A stretch of 64,000 bases of DNA. Origin: Malacoraja senta. Taxonomy: Eukaryota. A program made the position numbers and the translations under genes. The notes beneath the pieces are model-generated. The model did no database searches. It had not been told where the DNA came from and saw only the letters and a list, made by a program, of their open reading frames with translations. Where the stretch lies: positions 26,352,001-26,416,000 of the forward strand of contig CM075987.1 of NCBI GenBank assembly GCA_038087875.1, given 5' to 3'. This document shows, in pieces, positions 1 to 14,029 of this stretch (position 1 is the stretch's first letter; every line of letters starts with the position of its first letter).

Positions 1-180
1 AAATAAGATTTACAATTCAATAAAAAAAATAGAACCCACAACTATGTTACAATCCTTGTCGAGGATGCATTCAACCCCCCCGCGGTGCCCAGCGGTCCCG
101 GAAATCCCCCAGGGTGCCCATGGACAGTGCGAAGTCCCTCCAACACCACGAAACCCCGGAAAAGGGGCAGGCATGTACAC
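1..180 (-). mobile_element. L1/Tx1-clade LINE 3' end fragment
   Basis: Frameshifted translation gives CLPLFRG...RWAP.GVECILDKDCNIV, resembling Tx1-like ORF2 C-termini. Confidence 0.55.
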
Positions 181-796
181 CTCACTCTTGACATGGATCC
201 AGAGATCTCCATACTCCAAAATGAGTCTGAAGGAGGGTCTCGACCCGAAACGTCACACATTCCTTCTCTCCAGAGATGCTGCCTGTTACTCCAGCATTTT
301 GTGTCTATCATCGGTGTAAACCAGCATCTGCAGTTCCTTTCCACACATCTCCAAATATACCACTAATAGAGTAAAGACACAAAACGATAGTGGCTTGCGA
401 GATTACCTAATTGTCGGGCAGTTTTAATATCACCATGTCTAAATGGTGTGGATCAATGGCAAATAGATTGTTCAGTACTTCTGCAGCATTTACCACATGC
501 TGTGCTGCAAATGGAGGATGTGGGATGATATATTAATCGGCTCTCAGCTTTCAATTAGTTTCAGAACAATTAGAAAATGTTTGCACAGCACATCAGTGTA
601 TCGGCAGCCAAGCAGCAAGTTAGACAACGTCAGGGCTTTTTCGACAAACAAGAAATTACCGGCACACAACTTTCACCTCTGTCTCGCTTTCCTCCTCCAA
701 TCCCATATCTCTTAACATTTAAGAATCCAGACGATTCTTTCATGCAGATGCATGAAGCCAGCAGATCTGAACGGGTTTCTGAAGAAGGGTCTGAAA

Positions 797-1176
797 CATA
801 TAAGAATGTTAAGTGCTTGGACACGCTAGAGGCAGGAAACATGTTCCCAATGTTGGGGGAGACCAGAACCAGGGGCCACAGTTTAAGAATAAGGAGTAAG
901 CCATTTAGAACGGAGAAGAGGAAACACTTTTTTCTCACAGAGAGTGGTGAGTCTGTGGAATTCTCTGCCTCAGAGGGCAGTGGAGGCAGGTTCACTGGAT
1001 GCTTTCAAGTGAGAGCTAGATAGGGCTCTTAAAAATAGCGGAGTCAGGGGATATGGGGAGAAGGCAGGAACGGGGTACTGATTGGGGATAATGATCAGCC
1101 ATGATCACATTGAATGGCGGTGCTGGCTTGAAGGGCCGAATGGCCTACTCCTGCACCTATTGTCTATTGTCTATTG
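797..1176 (+). mobile_element. CR1-clade (HER1-like) LINE 3' end
   Basis: YKNVKCLDTLEAGNMFPMLGETRTRGHSLRIR CR1 ORF2 C-terminal motif followed by the 3' UTR and a (CTATTGT)n tail. Confidence 0.9.
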
Positions 1177-1294
1177 ACCCGAAACGTCACCCATTCCTTC
1201 TCCCCAGAGATGCTGCCTGTCCCACTGAGTTACTCCAGCTTTTTGAGTGTCTACCTTCAGATTAAACCAGCATCTGCAATTCCTTCCTACACGT

Positions 1295-2505
1295 TGAGTA
1301 TAGAAGTTGGGAGGTCATGTTGCAGTTAAGACGTTGGTGTGGCCGCATTCAGAGCATTGTGTTCAGTTCTGGGCACCATGGTGTCGGGATGATGTTGTCA
1401 AGTTGGAAAGGTTTCAGAGAAGATTTACGAGGATGTTGCCAGGACCAGAGGGTCTGAGCTATAGGGAGAGGTTGAGTAGGCTGGGACTCGTTTCCTTGGA
1501 GTGCAGGAGGATGAGGGTAGGGAAAGTAGTAGGGAAATCGAGCATGAAGGTGGAATCTCATGTAGATAGGGTGGTAAAGAAAGCTTTTGGTGTGCTGGCC
1601 TTTATAAATCAGAGCATTGAATATAGAAGTTGGGATGTAATGTTAAAATTGTACAAGGCATTGGTGAGGCCAATTCTGGAGTATGGAGTACAATTTTGGT
1701 CGCCTAATTATAGGAAGGATGTCAACAAAATAGAGAGAGTACAGAGGAGATTTACTAGAATGTTGCCTGGGTTTCAGCAACTAAGTTACAGAGAAAATTT
1801 GAACAAGTTAGGTCTTTATTCTTTGGAGCGCAGAAGGTTAAGAGGGGACTTGATAGAGGTCTTTAAAATTATGAGCGGGTTAGACAGAGTGGATGTGGAT
1901 AAGCTTTTCCCATTGAGAGTAGGGAAGATTCAAACAAGGGGACATGACTTGAGAATTAAGGGACAGAAGTTTAGGGGGAACATTAGGGGGAACTTCTTTA
2001 CTCAGAGAGTGGTGGCTGTGTGGAATGAGCTTCCAGTGGAAGTGGTGGAGGCAGGTTCGATGTTATCCTTTAAAAATAGATTGGATGGGTATATGGACGG
2101 GAAAGGAATGGAGGGTTATGGTCTGAGTGCAGGTAGATGGGACTAGGGGGAAGTATTTATTTTTAATTTAAAAAATAAAAAATAAATAAAAAAATAAATT
2201 AAAAAAATGTTCGGCACGGACTTGAAGGGCCGAGATGGCCTGTTTCCGTGATGTTATGGTTATATGGTTATATGGTTATATGACATAGGTTTAGGGTGAG
2301 GGTGGGGGGGGAGATTAAATGGGAACCTGAGGGATAACTTTTTCACACAAAGGGTGGCGGGTTTATGGAACGAGCTGCCAGAGGAGAAAGTTGAGTCAGG
2401 AAATATGGCAACGTTCAAGAAACATTTAGACAGGTGCATGGATAGGACAGGTTTAGAGGGATATGGGCCAAAGGCAGGCAGGCAGGCAGGCGGGACTAAT
2501 GTAGA
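1295..2505 (+). mobile_element. Nested CR1 LINE fragments: an older copy (1295-1517, resuming ~2281) interrupted by a younger 5'-truncated copy (~1518-2280)
   Basis: The 279-aa ORF contains the CR1 motif LVRP.LEY.VQFWSP...ERVQRRFTRMLPG twice; (TATGGT)n tail at ~2255-2280. Confidence 0.9.
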
Positions 2506-2515
2506 TGGTGGAGAC

Positions 2516-2730
2516 CAAGGGTTCCCAACCTGGGGTAAATTTCACCTACCCAGGGGGTACATTTGTTGATTCTGGATGTGTACATATTTTTTCTCGTTGA
2601 CTGACTGTGTTTGGTTCTGGTATACCGGTATCTGTTCATCATTAGTTGTTCATAAATAAGTGAAATAACATTGTTATGTGCTATTAAAGTTGCCAGGGGT
2701 AAACGGGACGAAAAAGGTTGGGAATCCCTG
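2516..2730. mobile_element. hAT (Charlie-like) MITE
   Basis: TIRs caagggttcccaacct / aggttgggaatccctg; degenerate 8-bp flanks gtggagac / ctgtagac. Confidence 0.7.
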
Positions 2731-2858
2731 CTGTAGACAACCTACATTACATGGTGATGGTGTCTCGGTGTGGGCAAGTGGGGCCGAAGGGCCTGTTTGT
2801 AAACACGCTGTATCACTGTTTCAAAAGAGATAGCCTAATAAAAAGAAGTGATGGGATA

Positions 2859-3188
2859 TACCCCTGTCCCACGGTACGAGTTCATTCCAAGAGCTCTCCC
2901 GAGTTTAAAAAAAATCAAACTGGTGGTAAGCACGGAGAATGAACGTAGCGGGTACGTCGGAGCTCGGGGACGTCTCTTAGCGGCTTGTAACGCTAACGGC
3001 AGGTACTCGGGAAGACTCGCTAACGGCAGGTAAGCACGGGAAGACTCGTGAAGATTTTTCAACATGATGAAAAATGTCCACGAGAGCCCCGAGTACCGAC
3101 GAGCGGCCATTACCGTAAATCTCCGAGTTCGAATCAGGGCAAACTCAGGAGAGCTCTTGGAATGAACTCGTACCGTGGGACAGGGCTT
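2859..3188. mobile_element. PIF/Harbinger-type MITE, family A copy 1
   Basis: ~45-bp TIRs ccctgtcccacggtacgagttcattccaagagctctc; near-identical to 16362-16691 and, inverted, to 56328-56651. Confidence 0.8.
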
Positions 3189-3705
3189 TGAGATGTTATT
3201 AGTAAGCTTATCATGTCTTAACCATGCTAGGTGGATCTGGTGTTCAAAGGCGCTCATAATTCAAACAGCAATGTGAAATAATACGCTTTCTTTTCCAAGA
3301 TGTATTAGTTTAAAAAAGTCCATCAAGTCTGATTAATAATCTAATTGTGTAACCTTAACATGGACCTTGAAACTTCATTTTACACAGCGGGTGCAAATAC
3401 TGTATTAATCTATCTATCTTGATGGTTAATGGTTAGGAAGACTGCTATCTCTCATTGTATCTCCTACCCTGGCTCTTGGTCATTTGGGTTGTAATTATTT
3501 GAGACGAGTTCTTCAATGCGTGCTTATTTTTACATTGTGTGTATTAAAATAGTACCCGGGTTTTAGAACAAATGGATAACTCAGAGTGGAATATTTTCTG
3601 TTGATCAAAATAATGAGGAGATATTTAGCTTAGTTTAGTTTAGAGATGCAGCTCGGAAGCAGGCCCTTCGGCCCACCGAGTCCGCACCGACCACACTTGC
3701 ACTAT

Positions 3706-4145
3706 CATAGAAACAGAAAATAGGTGCAGGAGGAGGCCATTCGGCCCTTCGAGCCAGCACCGCCATTCATTGTGATCATGGCTGATCGTCCCCAATCAAT
3801 AACCCGTGCCTGCCTTCTCCCCATATCCCTTGATTCCACCAGCCCCTAGACCTCTATATAACTCTCTCTTAAATCCATCCAGTGACTTGGCCTCCACTGC
3901 CCTCTGTGGCAGGGAATTCCACAAATTCACAACTCTCAGGGCGAAAAAGTTTTTTCTCACCTCAGTCTTAAATGGCCTCCCCTTTATTCTAAGACTGTGG
4001 CCCCTGGTTCTGGACTCGCCCAACATTGGGAACATTTTTCCTGCATCTAGCTTGTCCAGTCCATTTATAATTGTATATGTTTCTATAAGATTCCCCCTCA
4101 TCCTTCTAAACTCCAGTGAATACAAGCCTAGTCTTTTCAATCTTT
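3706..4145 (-). mobile_element. CR1 LINE 3' end inserted in a tRNA-SINE
   Basis: RLGLYSLEFRRMRGNLIETY...RTRGHSLRIKG...NLWNSLP on the minus strand; SINE halves at 3627-3705 and 4155-4376. Confidence 0.88.
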
Positions 4146-4537
4146 GTCTATGTCTATATCCTACACACACTAGGGACAATTTACAATTACACCAAGTGTG
4201 GGCGTTTTGAAGTGTGGGTGGAAAATTCGGAGCGTGGGAGGAATCCGGAGACCCCTGAGGAAACCCACGCAGGTCACGGGGAAAACGTACAAACTCCGCA
4301 CAGACAGCACCCGCGATCAGGATGGAACCCGGGTCTCTGGCGCTGTGAGGCAGCAACTCTACCGCTGCGCCACCATGCCGTCCTTCACAAAGAGTTGAAA
4401 ATCTCTTGCTCTTTGTCCCCCTGGAAAGGCTGAGTTATTGAATATATCCGAGGCCGTGATCGTGTTTTGGACGATGGGGAACTCCAGGAGATTAAAAAGT
4501 GCCATTGAATCCATGATGTAGAGTGAGGACGGCAGGA

Positions 4538-4760
4538 TGGCACGGTGGCGCAGCGGTAGAGCTGCTGCCTCACAGCGCCAGTGACCCGGGTTCGATCCTG
4601 ACTACGGGTGCTGTCTGTACGGAGTTTGCACTTTCTCCCTGTGACCTCGTGGGTTTTCTCCGGGTGCTCCGGTTTCCTCCCACACTCTAAAGATGCACAG
4701 GTTTGTAGGTTAATTGGCTTTGGTAAATTACCCATAATGTGTAGGATGTGAAACTGCGAT
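4538..4760 (+). mobile_element. HE1-like tRNA-derived V-SINE (partial)
   Basis: Pol III A-box GGTGGCGCAGCGG, B-box GGGTTCGATCC and conserved central domain (tgtacggagtttgc...gtgggttttctccggg...tcccacactc). Confidence 0.85.
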
Positions 4761-4787
4761 AACATAGGACTAATCGATTTTACGGCA

Positions 4788-4986
4788 AGTCAAGTCGAGT
4801 CACTTTTATTTATATAGCACATTTAAAATACAACTCTCGTTCATAGATAAAGTACATACATAAATACATACATGTAGCCCTCCCTCAGAGGACGTCAAGA
4901 AAGGCTTGAGAGTAAAGATGAGATTTAAGTCTCGACTTAAAGGAGTCGATGGAGGGGGCAGTTCTGATGGGAAGAGGGATGCTGTT
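4788..4986 (-). mobile_element. L2 LINE 3' end
   Basis: Reverse complement of the L2 3' end at 52376-52836. Confidence 0.7.
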
Positions 4987-6159
4987 TACGGGTGATCAAT
5001 TTTCGACATGACATGGGCTCAGTGGGCCAAAGGGCCTGTTTCTCTAAAGCATGAATATACAGACCAAACGCAAGAGGTTTAATAGCCTGATGTTCCTATC
5101 TCCAACCTCGTTCACCTGATTATGTTGGAAGTGATCCATGTTTCTGTAGTTCAGACCAAAATGCAGTTCTGCTCATTTGATAACCCAACAAGCTTCCTCT
5201 ATAAGGAACACTGAATATGTCCAATAATCCAACCTGCCTTCTAGCCGTGCTGTAAAAACTCACTCTTGCATTAATCTCAGCACTCCAAAGGAATGGATGA
5301 ATGTATGCAATATCAGTCGGAGTCCAAATACAACGCCCCAAATTGGTTTACTTTAGACTTTAGAGGTACACCGTGGAAACAAGCCCTTCATCATTATGTT
5401 TTTCCCATATCTTTCATTCATTGTTCTTTATCTCTCCACGTCATCCTCTATATCTCTCGTTTCTCTTTCCCGTGACCTTCAGGCTGAAGGAGGGTCTCGA
5501 CCCGAAATGTCACCCATTCCTTCCCTCCAGAGGTGCTGCCTGTCCTGCTGAGTTACTCCAGTTGTTTGTGTCTATCTTTGGTTAAAACCAGCATCTGCAG
5601 TTCCTTCCTACACTAACCTCCAGAGTCCCACGTCCATTATTGCTTATGCATCCAATTTGTCCCCCCCACCCCCCCCCCCTCCCCAATCTACAGCGATTAC
5701 AGCCATTCCACATACACGTACTTTATCATTATTTCCTTGTCATGCCCATGAGATGCTATTGTTCCCAGGACTCTGCAAATGAGCAAAGCAATCAGAATTT
5801 ACATGCAATTATAATCGCAGTGACTGCAGAAAGTGACTCATTTTATGGCCATTTTATTGCAAGATTCGTGCTTTTACATTGTATTATTTTTCTTCATTTT
5901 GATAGCAGTGTTGTGATGAAAACCAGTCACATTTCCAGTAGGTTACAGCGACATTTATGTTCTGGGGGAGAGGAGGGAAGCCATTTTGCAGGTAAATCTT
6001 AAGTGTAATAATTGAGGTATAGCATCATCCAAACTATAGACAATAGACAATGGGTGCGGGAGTAGGCCATTCGGCCCTTCGAGCAAGCACCGCCATTCAA
6101 TGTCATCATGGCTGATCATCCCCAATCAGTACCCCGTTCCTGCCTTCTCCTGGCAAACG

Positions 6160-6540
6160 GCAGAATAATGAAGGACGAGTCGCACCCCTGGCCACTCCCT
6201 CTTCTCCCCTCTCCCATCAGGCAAAAGGTACAGAAATGTGAAAACGCACACCTCCAGATTCAGGGACAGTTTCTTCCCAGCTGTTATCAGGCAACTGAAC
6301 CATCCTACCACAACCAGAGAGCAGGGCTGAACTACTATCTACCTCATTGGCGATCCTCGGACTTTCTTTGATCGGACTTTGCTGCCTTTATCTTGCACTA
6401 AACGGTATTCCCTTATCGTGTATCTGTACACTGTAGACGACTCGATTGTAATCATGTATTGTCTTTCCGCTGACTGGTTAGCACGCAACAAAAGCTTTTC
6501 ACTTTACCTCGGTACACGTGACAATAAACTGAACTGAGCT
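6160..6540 (+). mobile_element. Rex1/Babar LINE 3' end
   Basis: HPGHSLFSPLPSGKRYR..THTSRFRDSFFPAVIRQLN motif plus gtgacaataaa(ctgaa)n tail. Confidence 0.8.
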
Positions 6541-7968
6541 GGAGATCATAAATTCTGTTTAATACACAAACGGCACAAAGTTCACAAGTTATAGAAGTAG
6601 AATTAGGCCATTCTGCCCATCGAGTCTACTCTGACATTCAATCATGCCTCCTAATCCCATTTTCCTGCCTTCTCCCCATAACCCTTGACACCCGTTCTAA
6701 TCAAGAATCTATCTACCTCTGCCTTAACAATATCCATTGACTTGGCCTCCACAGCCGTCTGTGGCAAAGAATTCCACACCCTCTGACTAAAGAAATTTCT
6801 CCTCATCTCCTTCCTAAAAGAACTTCCTTTAATTCCGAGGCTGTGACCTCTAGTCCTGGGCACTCACACTGGTGGAAACATCCTCTCCGCATCCACTCTA
6901 TCCTGCCGGGGTAACTCAGCGGGACAGGCAGCATCTCTGGATAGAAGGAATGGGTGTCGGGTCGAGACCCTTCCCCAGGCACCTTCAGCATTGTAGCGGC
7001 GGTCCCCATGCTAGAGATAGAACAATCTGTTGATAACAGCAAGAATCTAAGGTCGATACATGTATATGAAAAGGAGCCCAGTTTATTGGCGACTGTCCCT
7101 GAAGCCGGCTGAATGATATTAGTGGAGCATCAGCTGATAAAAAACAGCTTATCTTTTTTATGAGATTATACTACGGACACTTACAAATGTGGAGAGAGAA
7201 TTCCTAAGGTGCAATAATTCTCTTTTAAGTTTAAGCATTCAGATCAGTGCATTGAAACAAAAAATGAATGTTGTATGTCACCTTTGCCTAATGCCTTATC
7301 TGAACCGCTGTGATGCATTAAGCAGCGGGCTCTATCATCTTATGAAGGACATACTCAAGGACCTTCCCAGGGGCTTCTGCAGTCTTCAATCTAGAAGATG
7401 AGGACAAAAGAAAAGGCATTATTTATTCCTGATCTGTGTTCTTCAGCTCTGAATCTTTCATGCCAATTCCCCAAGTCAGCGGCAACATTCTCAAACTGTG
7501 TCAAAGACCGGTTTGATTGTTACAACTTCCTCTACAACTTTTTAACTGATGCGAATTCCAGATTCCAACCACTGTGTGTGTGTGTGTGTGTGTGGATGTA
7601 TGCAAAAAATACCCCCTGTCTTCGAAAATTGCTTGGGTTTTTCTGCTAAGACAAGTCTCATATTTTCAAGATGTAGCGTCTCAGACATGTTTGTAATCCA
7701 CATTTTAAGAGTAGGGGCAGATGTATTTTTCCAAAAGTTAAGTATTAGTTTTTTCCCTGTTATCAGGCCATAATTAAGAAAACGTCTTTGAAATATTGAT
7801 AGCTCAGGGCAGGCTTCTGATGTTCCGAAAATAATCAGTTCTGTGTGGGGGGTCCAGTTTTGTTTTTAATGTTTTTGAGAAAATTTCAAAAATTCCTTTC
7901 CAAAAGTTATGTCATTTTATGCAAGAGGCAAAGGAATGAGTTATAGTTGCTTCTTGAAGGAGACATTT

Positions 7969-8980
7969 GTTTTTTTTTTTATTTTTTTTAATTTTATTAG
8001 AAGTAAGTACAATTGTATACAATCATATTTTCATAATACCTTTTATGTACAGCTTCTTATTTTAAATTTTTTTTGAAATAAAGAAGAAAAAGAAAAAAGT
8101 TAGATAATGAAAAATAGAAAAATGTGAGATATATAGTGTGTGAAAAAGAAAAATAAAGAATGAAAAAAGAAAGTTGAGACATAGAAAATAGAAGAAAGAG
8201 AATAAAAGAAAAGAAGAGAAGAAAAGAAAATAGAAGGAGATCATTTATAATCTTGACCATCCGCAGTCACGGATTAGCTTTTACACCTGTTTTGCACCAT
8301 ACGTTTCCAAAAAGACGACAAATGGAGACCAACTCGTTATGAATTGGTCAAATTTATCTATTAGGAGGAATCGCATTTCCTCAAGATGTGCGGTATCCAA
8401 CATACTTGCAATCCACATTTTGAGCGTTGGTATTGGTGTATTTTTCCAAAATTTCAATATTAATTTTTTTGCTATTATTAAACCATAATTAAAAATTGAC
8501 TTTTGAGATGAGCTCAATTTGTTCCCGTCTTCCATTACCCCAAATATAATCAATCAATTCATTATTGGGTTCCATTTTTGTCTTAAATAGTTTTGTAAAT
8601 ATTTCGAAAATATCACTCCAAAATCCATGAAGGAGACATTTGTCACAAATAGGAGATACATTTGAAAAAATCTTATTCGGTTTAGTTTTTGAGTAGTAGA
8701 GTCTGTGCAGTATTTTAAAATGATTTAAAATGTGTCTAACATTAATCGAACAATTGTGCATATATAAAATATTTTCTTCCCATCTGTCTTTGGGAATTTT
8801 TAGGCCTACTTCCTCTTCCCAGTCTTTTCTAATTGTGTCTGACGATAGAATTTTTATATTTAGAAAGGTATTATACAAATATGATGTTAGATTGTTTGAC
8901 TCTGAGTTTCTATTCATACATTTGTCTAATATATCTGGGACAACGTACAATGTTGCGAGGAAGCTGCTCCTGAACTTCGT
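7969..8980 (-). mobile_element. L1-clade LINE 3' fragment (degraded ORF2 C-terminus, T-rich UTR, poly-A tail)
   Basis: ORF pieces ...HFKILHRLYYSK...SPICDKC...FWS.IF and LIIAKKLILKFWK...PTLKMW; poly-T on the + strand at ~7969-7997. Confidence 0.8.
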
Positions 8981-8982
8981 AG

Positions 8983-9285
8983 GCGGCATGGTGGCGCAGC
9001 GGTAGAGTTGCTGCCTGACGGCGCCAGAGTCCCGGGTTCGATCCTGATCTCGGGTAGTGGCTGTACGGAGTTTGTACATTCTGCCCGTGACCCCGTGGGT
9101 TTTCCCAGATGCCCCAGTTTCCTTCCACACTCCAAAGACGTACAGGTTTGTAGGATAATTAGCTTCGGTAAAATTGTAAATTGTCCCAAGTGCGTGTAGC
9201 CTAGCGCTACCGTAATGGGGATCGCTGGTCACCGTGGACTCTGTGATCCGAATGTCCTGTTTCCGCGCTGTATCTCTAAACTAAG
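8983..9285 (+). mobile_element. HE1-like tRNA-derived SINE, near full length
   Basis: A/B boxes, V-domain and CR1-type 3' tail cctgtttccgcgctgtatctctaaactaa. Confidence 0.88.
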
Positions 9286-9726
9286 TTAGAAAATGTGAAT
9301 TTGAGTTCCAGAGGATGAAGGTAGCAGGGAATAATTTATGATCCCATGGCCAAACTCTACTGTAGGCCAAAGACAAATGAGGATTTGCTTTTGTGAACTG
9401 ACCTTTGTTGAATCTGACTTTGCCTTGTGTGGATATCCACTCATATCCGGAGCTGTGTTGATTTATTGCCAAGTCAAACAGGGTTTATTCAAACTGAGCT
9501 GAAGCACAACAGGCAACATCTGCAATGGAACTGGACACCAGGTACTGTCGTTACAGTAGCAATGGTCTCAAGGTATATGTCACAGCTGTTGAGACTCATG
9601 GACAAATGTGTTGGATATGTCCTGCTTCTAAAGGGAAATAAGTTTGTTGAGTGATTTTAAGTTCTCGTACAATGCTTAGATTACTTGTATATAGTTTCAA
9701 AGGCATTCTGCTTTTGTTTTATGTAA

Positions 9727-10030
9727 GGTGGTATGGTGACGCAGCGGTAGAGGTAGCGCCCTGCAGCGCCAGAGACCTGGGTTCGATCCTGACTACAGGT
9801 GCTTGTCTGTACGTTCTCCCGTGACCTGCGTGGGTTTTCTCCGAGAACTTTGGTTCCCTCCGACACTCCAAAGATGTACAGGTTTGCAGGTTAATTGGCT
9901 TGGTCTAAATGTAAAATTGTCCCTAGTGTGTGTCGGATAGTGTTAGTGTGCGGGGATCGCTGGTCAGTGCGGGTTCGGTGGGCCGAAGTGCCTGATTCTG
10001 CTCCGTACCTCTAGACTAAACTAAACTAAA
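9727..10030 (+). mobile_element. HE1-like SINE
   Basis: Same consensus; ends in (ctaaa)n. An inverted partner copy follows at 10070-10330. Confidence 0.85.
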
Positions 10031-13000
10031 ACAATTTAAAAAAAGGTAAAGAGTTTCTTCCATAACTTTTTAGACTTTTAGGGATACAGCGTGGAAACAG
10101 GCCCTTCGGCCCACCAAGTCCGTGCCGACCAACGAATCCCCTCACACTAACACTACCCTACACACACTAGGGACAATTTACAATTTATCAAAGACAATTA
10201 ACCTACAAACCTGTACGTCTTTGGAGTGTGGGAGGGAAACCAGAGCATCCGGAGAAAACCCACACGGTCACGGGGAGAACGTACAAACTCCGTACAGACA
10301 GCACTCTACCGCTGCGCCACCGTGCTGCCCTGTTTGTTTATTTTAATTCCAGCATCTGTAGTCCCTTGTGTCTCAGTCTTGATAAAGCGCTGTGTTTGTT
10401 ATCCATATAAATGGCTTTATTTCAGCTCAAGTTAATAACAATATGCATTCAAGGACTCCGGAGGCTTAGTCGCAGTGGATAAGCAGCAGCATCCACAGTC
10501 GCACTCGGCACAAGGACTTAAATAGGATTATTAGCCTGTGTTTTGATATTTTCACATTCATTGTCAAACGTACTGGAAGATAGTTATTTAAACCAATACA
10601 CAGAGGGACTTGCGTTATAATAGAACTTGCAGAGTGCAAAACAATGTTTGTACAGGTCCTACAAACCTCACCTGACCATGTTCTCCAGGAATGCTCCCCA
10701 GAAATTTCAAGAGAGAGCTAGATAGGGCTCTTAAAAATAGCAGAGCCAGGGGATATGGGGAGAAGGCAGGAACGGGGTACTGATTGGGGATGATCAGCCA
10801 CGATCACATTGAATGGCGGTGCTGGCTCGAAGGGCCAAATGGCCTACTCCTGCACCTATTGTCTATTGTCTATTGTATATTGACCCACTGAGTTACTCCA
10901 GCATACACACTCCAAAGACGTACAGGTTTGTAGGTTAATTGGTTTCGGTAAAATTGTAAATTGTCCCTAATGTGTAGGATAGTGCTAGTATACGGGGTGA
11001 TCACTGTTCAGTGTGGACTGAATAGCCTGTTAGACTCTCCCACTAGTGGAAACATCCTCTCCACATCCACTCTATCCAGGCCTTTCCACTATTCGGTAAG
11101 CTGCAATGAGGTCCCCCCTCTCATTCTTCTAAACTCCAGCGAGTACAGGCCCAGTGCCGACAAGCGCTGATCGTATGTTAACCTACTCATTCCTGGGATC
11201 ATTCTTGTAAACCTCCTCTGGACCCTCTCCAATGCCAGCACATCCTTCCTCAGATATGGTGCCCAAAATTGCTCAGAATATTCCAAATGCGGCCTTGACC
11301 AGCTCCTTACAGAGCCTCAGCGTTACATCCCAGGTGCTGGTTTATACCGAAGATAGATGCAAAGTGCTGGAGATGTTGCCTGACCCACTGATTTACTCCA
11401 GAGCTTTGTGTCTATCTGATGGACTTGATATCTCCTATATAATGCATTTGTTAGCAGCTTGAATGTCAATTGTATTCGTGGGTTACGCAGGTAGCAAACA
11501 TTGTTACAAACTTCCAAAAGAAATCTAGTCCCATGTAAATTACCAGCAGTAATCTAACAGACATGACGATCTATAAAATCTGCCCATGATCCATTCACTG
11601 CAAGAGATCTCTTCAAAGATATACTTGGGAAACGACCAAGACAAATCTCTTTTATCGACACTTGGGCAAAGATAATTAAACAATTTACCATCTATCGATT
11701 CTTCAAGGAGTTTGGACCCAGCCATTCAGTGCGGGGCATGTCATTGTTGCTCCGTGCCAGATAGCGGGTAACCACGGCATTAAATGTTTACGCAAAATGA
11801 GTCACATTGAAGCCCCTAGAATGAGATCAGGGGGTATTAACGCGTGTGTAGGAAAGAACTGCAGCTGCGGGTTAAAATCGAAGGTAGACGCAAAATGCTG
11901 GAGTAACTCAGCAGACATTGACTTCTCCAACTTACATAGAAACATAGAAACATAGAAAATAGGTGCAGGAGTAGGCCATTCGGCCCTTCGAGCCTGCACC
12001 CCCATTCAATATGATCATGGCTGATCATCCAACTCAGTATCCTGTACCTGCCTTCTCTCCATACCCCCTGATCCCTTTAGCCACAAGGGCCACATCTAAC
12101 TCCCTCTTAAATATAGCCAATGAACTGGCCTCAACTACATTCTGTGGCTAACTTCAACTAGCCCTTACTTTCCCTCTCTCTCCATCCCCTCCTCTTTCCC
12201 AGTTCTCCCACTAGTCTTACTCTCTGCGACTACATAACTATCTCTGTCCCGCCCACTCCCCTGACATCAGTCTGAAGAAGGGTCTCGACCCAAAACGTCA
12301 CCCATTCCTTCTCTCCAGAGATGCTGCCTGTCCCGCTGAGTTACTCCAGCTTTTTGTGTCTGTCTACGAAGGGATTAACACAAGCGGTAGTTAATGTACG
12401 GTTATCGTTGCACACAACCATTTGCCAGTCAATATTTAGACACATGTACAAAAGCGGACATGGAATCTGGGAATAATAATGACTTTAAAAAACAAAGAAA
12501 CCCCATTAAAAAATGTTCATCCCCCACCAATCAGCTGAATGCATTTGGCTTTTACACTCCAAAGACGTGCAGGTTTGTAGGTTAATTGCCTTGGTGTAAA
12601 TGTAAATTGTCCCGAGGATGTGAGAGGTAGAGATAGATCAGCCATGATTGAATGGCAGAATAGATTTGATGGGCCGAATGGCCTAATTCTGCTCCTAGAA
12701 TTTATGAACTTTTGAAGACATCACCGAAAGATTCAGAATCAAATTTTTCCCTTGAGATCCTTGCCTACCTGTTTTTCCCTCTTAGTTCAATTGAAGATCC
12801 AGCCTGTAGCTTCAGAATTCCCCATTGCACAAATGAAACGAGATTTGTGTGCAGTTATTTATTTTTTAAATTATAGCGGTGGTTAATAGCTGTGCACCTG
12901 ACTGATTTGCTTTTATTGAAATCTCATTCTTCCACTCACCATAAACCACTCGTGACACTTCCCCAAAAGAATAAACCAGTCACCTCACAGATGTTGCTAT

Positions 13001-14029
13001 CAGATTGATTCATCAATTTAGCACAGAGCTCTGACTCCTGTGAGACTTGGGCTGAATTCACAACAGGTTTTTTTTTTATGGAAGGGAAATGAAGCGAATT
13101 GAAGAATGCGGTGATTTCATGAAAGTTAAACGTTGAGACTCTGAAGGTAGACACAAAATGCAGAAGTTACTCAGCGGGACAGGCAGCATCTCTGGTTAGA
13201 AGGAATGGGTGACGTTTCGGGTCGAGACCCTTTTTCATGCTCCAGAGACGCTGCCTGTCCCGCTGAGTTACTCCAGCAATTTGCGTCAATCTTCAGTGGA
13301 AACCGGCACCTGCTGGTCCTTCCTACACATTGAGACACAAAGCAGACAGGCTTTACATTTGTGGCAAAGATAACTTTTAGATAAAGGGGGGAAAGATTAA
13401 CGTTTAGTTGAGAGATACATTGCGGAAGCCTTCGGCCCACTAAGTCCACATCGACCATCAATCACCTCACACTAACACAATCCTACACACACTTAGGGAC
13501 AATGTGCAATTATACCGAAGCCAATTAACCTACAAATCTGTACGTCTTTGGTGTTTGGGAGGAAACCGGAGCACCCGGATAAATCCCACGCAGGTCACAG
13601 AGAGAACATAAAATTCCTTACAGACAGCTCCCGTAGTCAGGATCGAACCTGGGTCTCTGGCGCTGTGAGGCAGCAACTCTACCGCTGCGCCTGCTTATGT
13701 GTATGTAATCATGACTATTTCACAATTAGTAGAATGTATGTGTAACGTATAATATATGTTTTGTGTGTTGTCCAAGTCTATATATCTGTGAGGTACACAA
13801 AAATGCTGGAGAAACTCAGCGGGTGCAGCAGCATCTATGGAGCGAAGGAAATAGGTAACATCTGTGATGTTGCTGGAAGCAAGATATTCATTGCATCTTT
13901 ACTTCAACATACTTATATGACAAAAAAACACTCAACTAGGGTTGAGAATGATTGTTAATTTAAATCATGGGCTATCGTTCTGTATTCAGTGTGAATGAGA
14001 GAATGATACTGAGACATGGTGTTAGAAGT

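Noticed and set aside
1307..2146. 279-aa ORF as a host gene
   Set aside because: Chimeric read-through of two nested CR1 ORF2 fragments.
4538..4615. tRNA-like sequences with A and B boxes (many copies)
   Set aside because: These are heads of tRNA-derived SINEs continuing into the V-domain and LINE tail, not tRNA genes.
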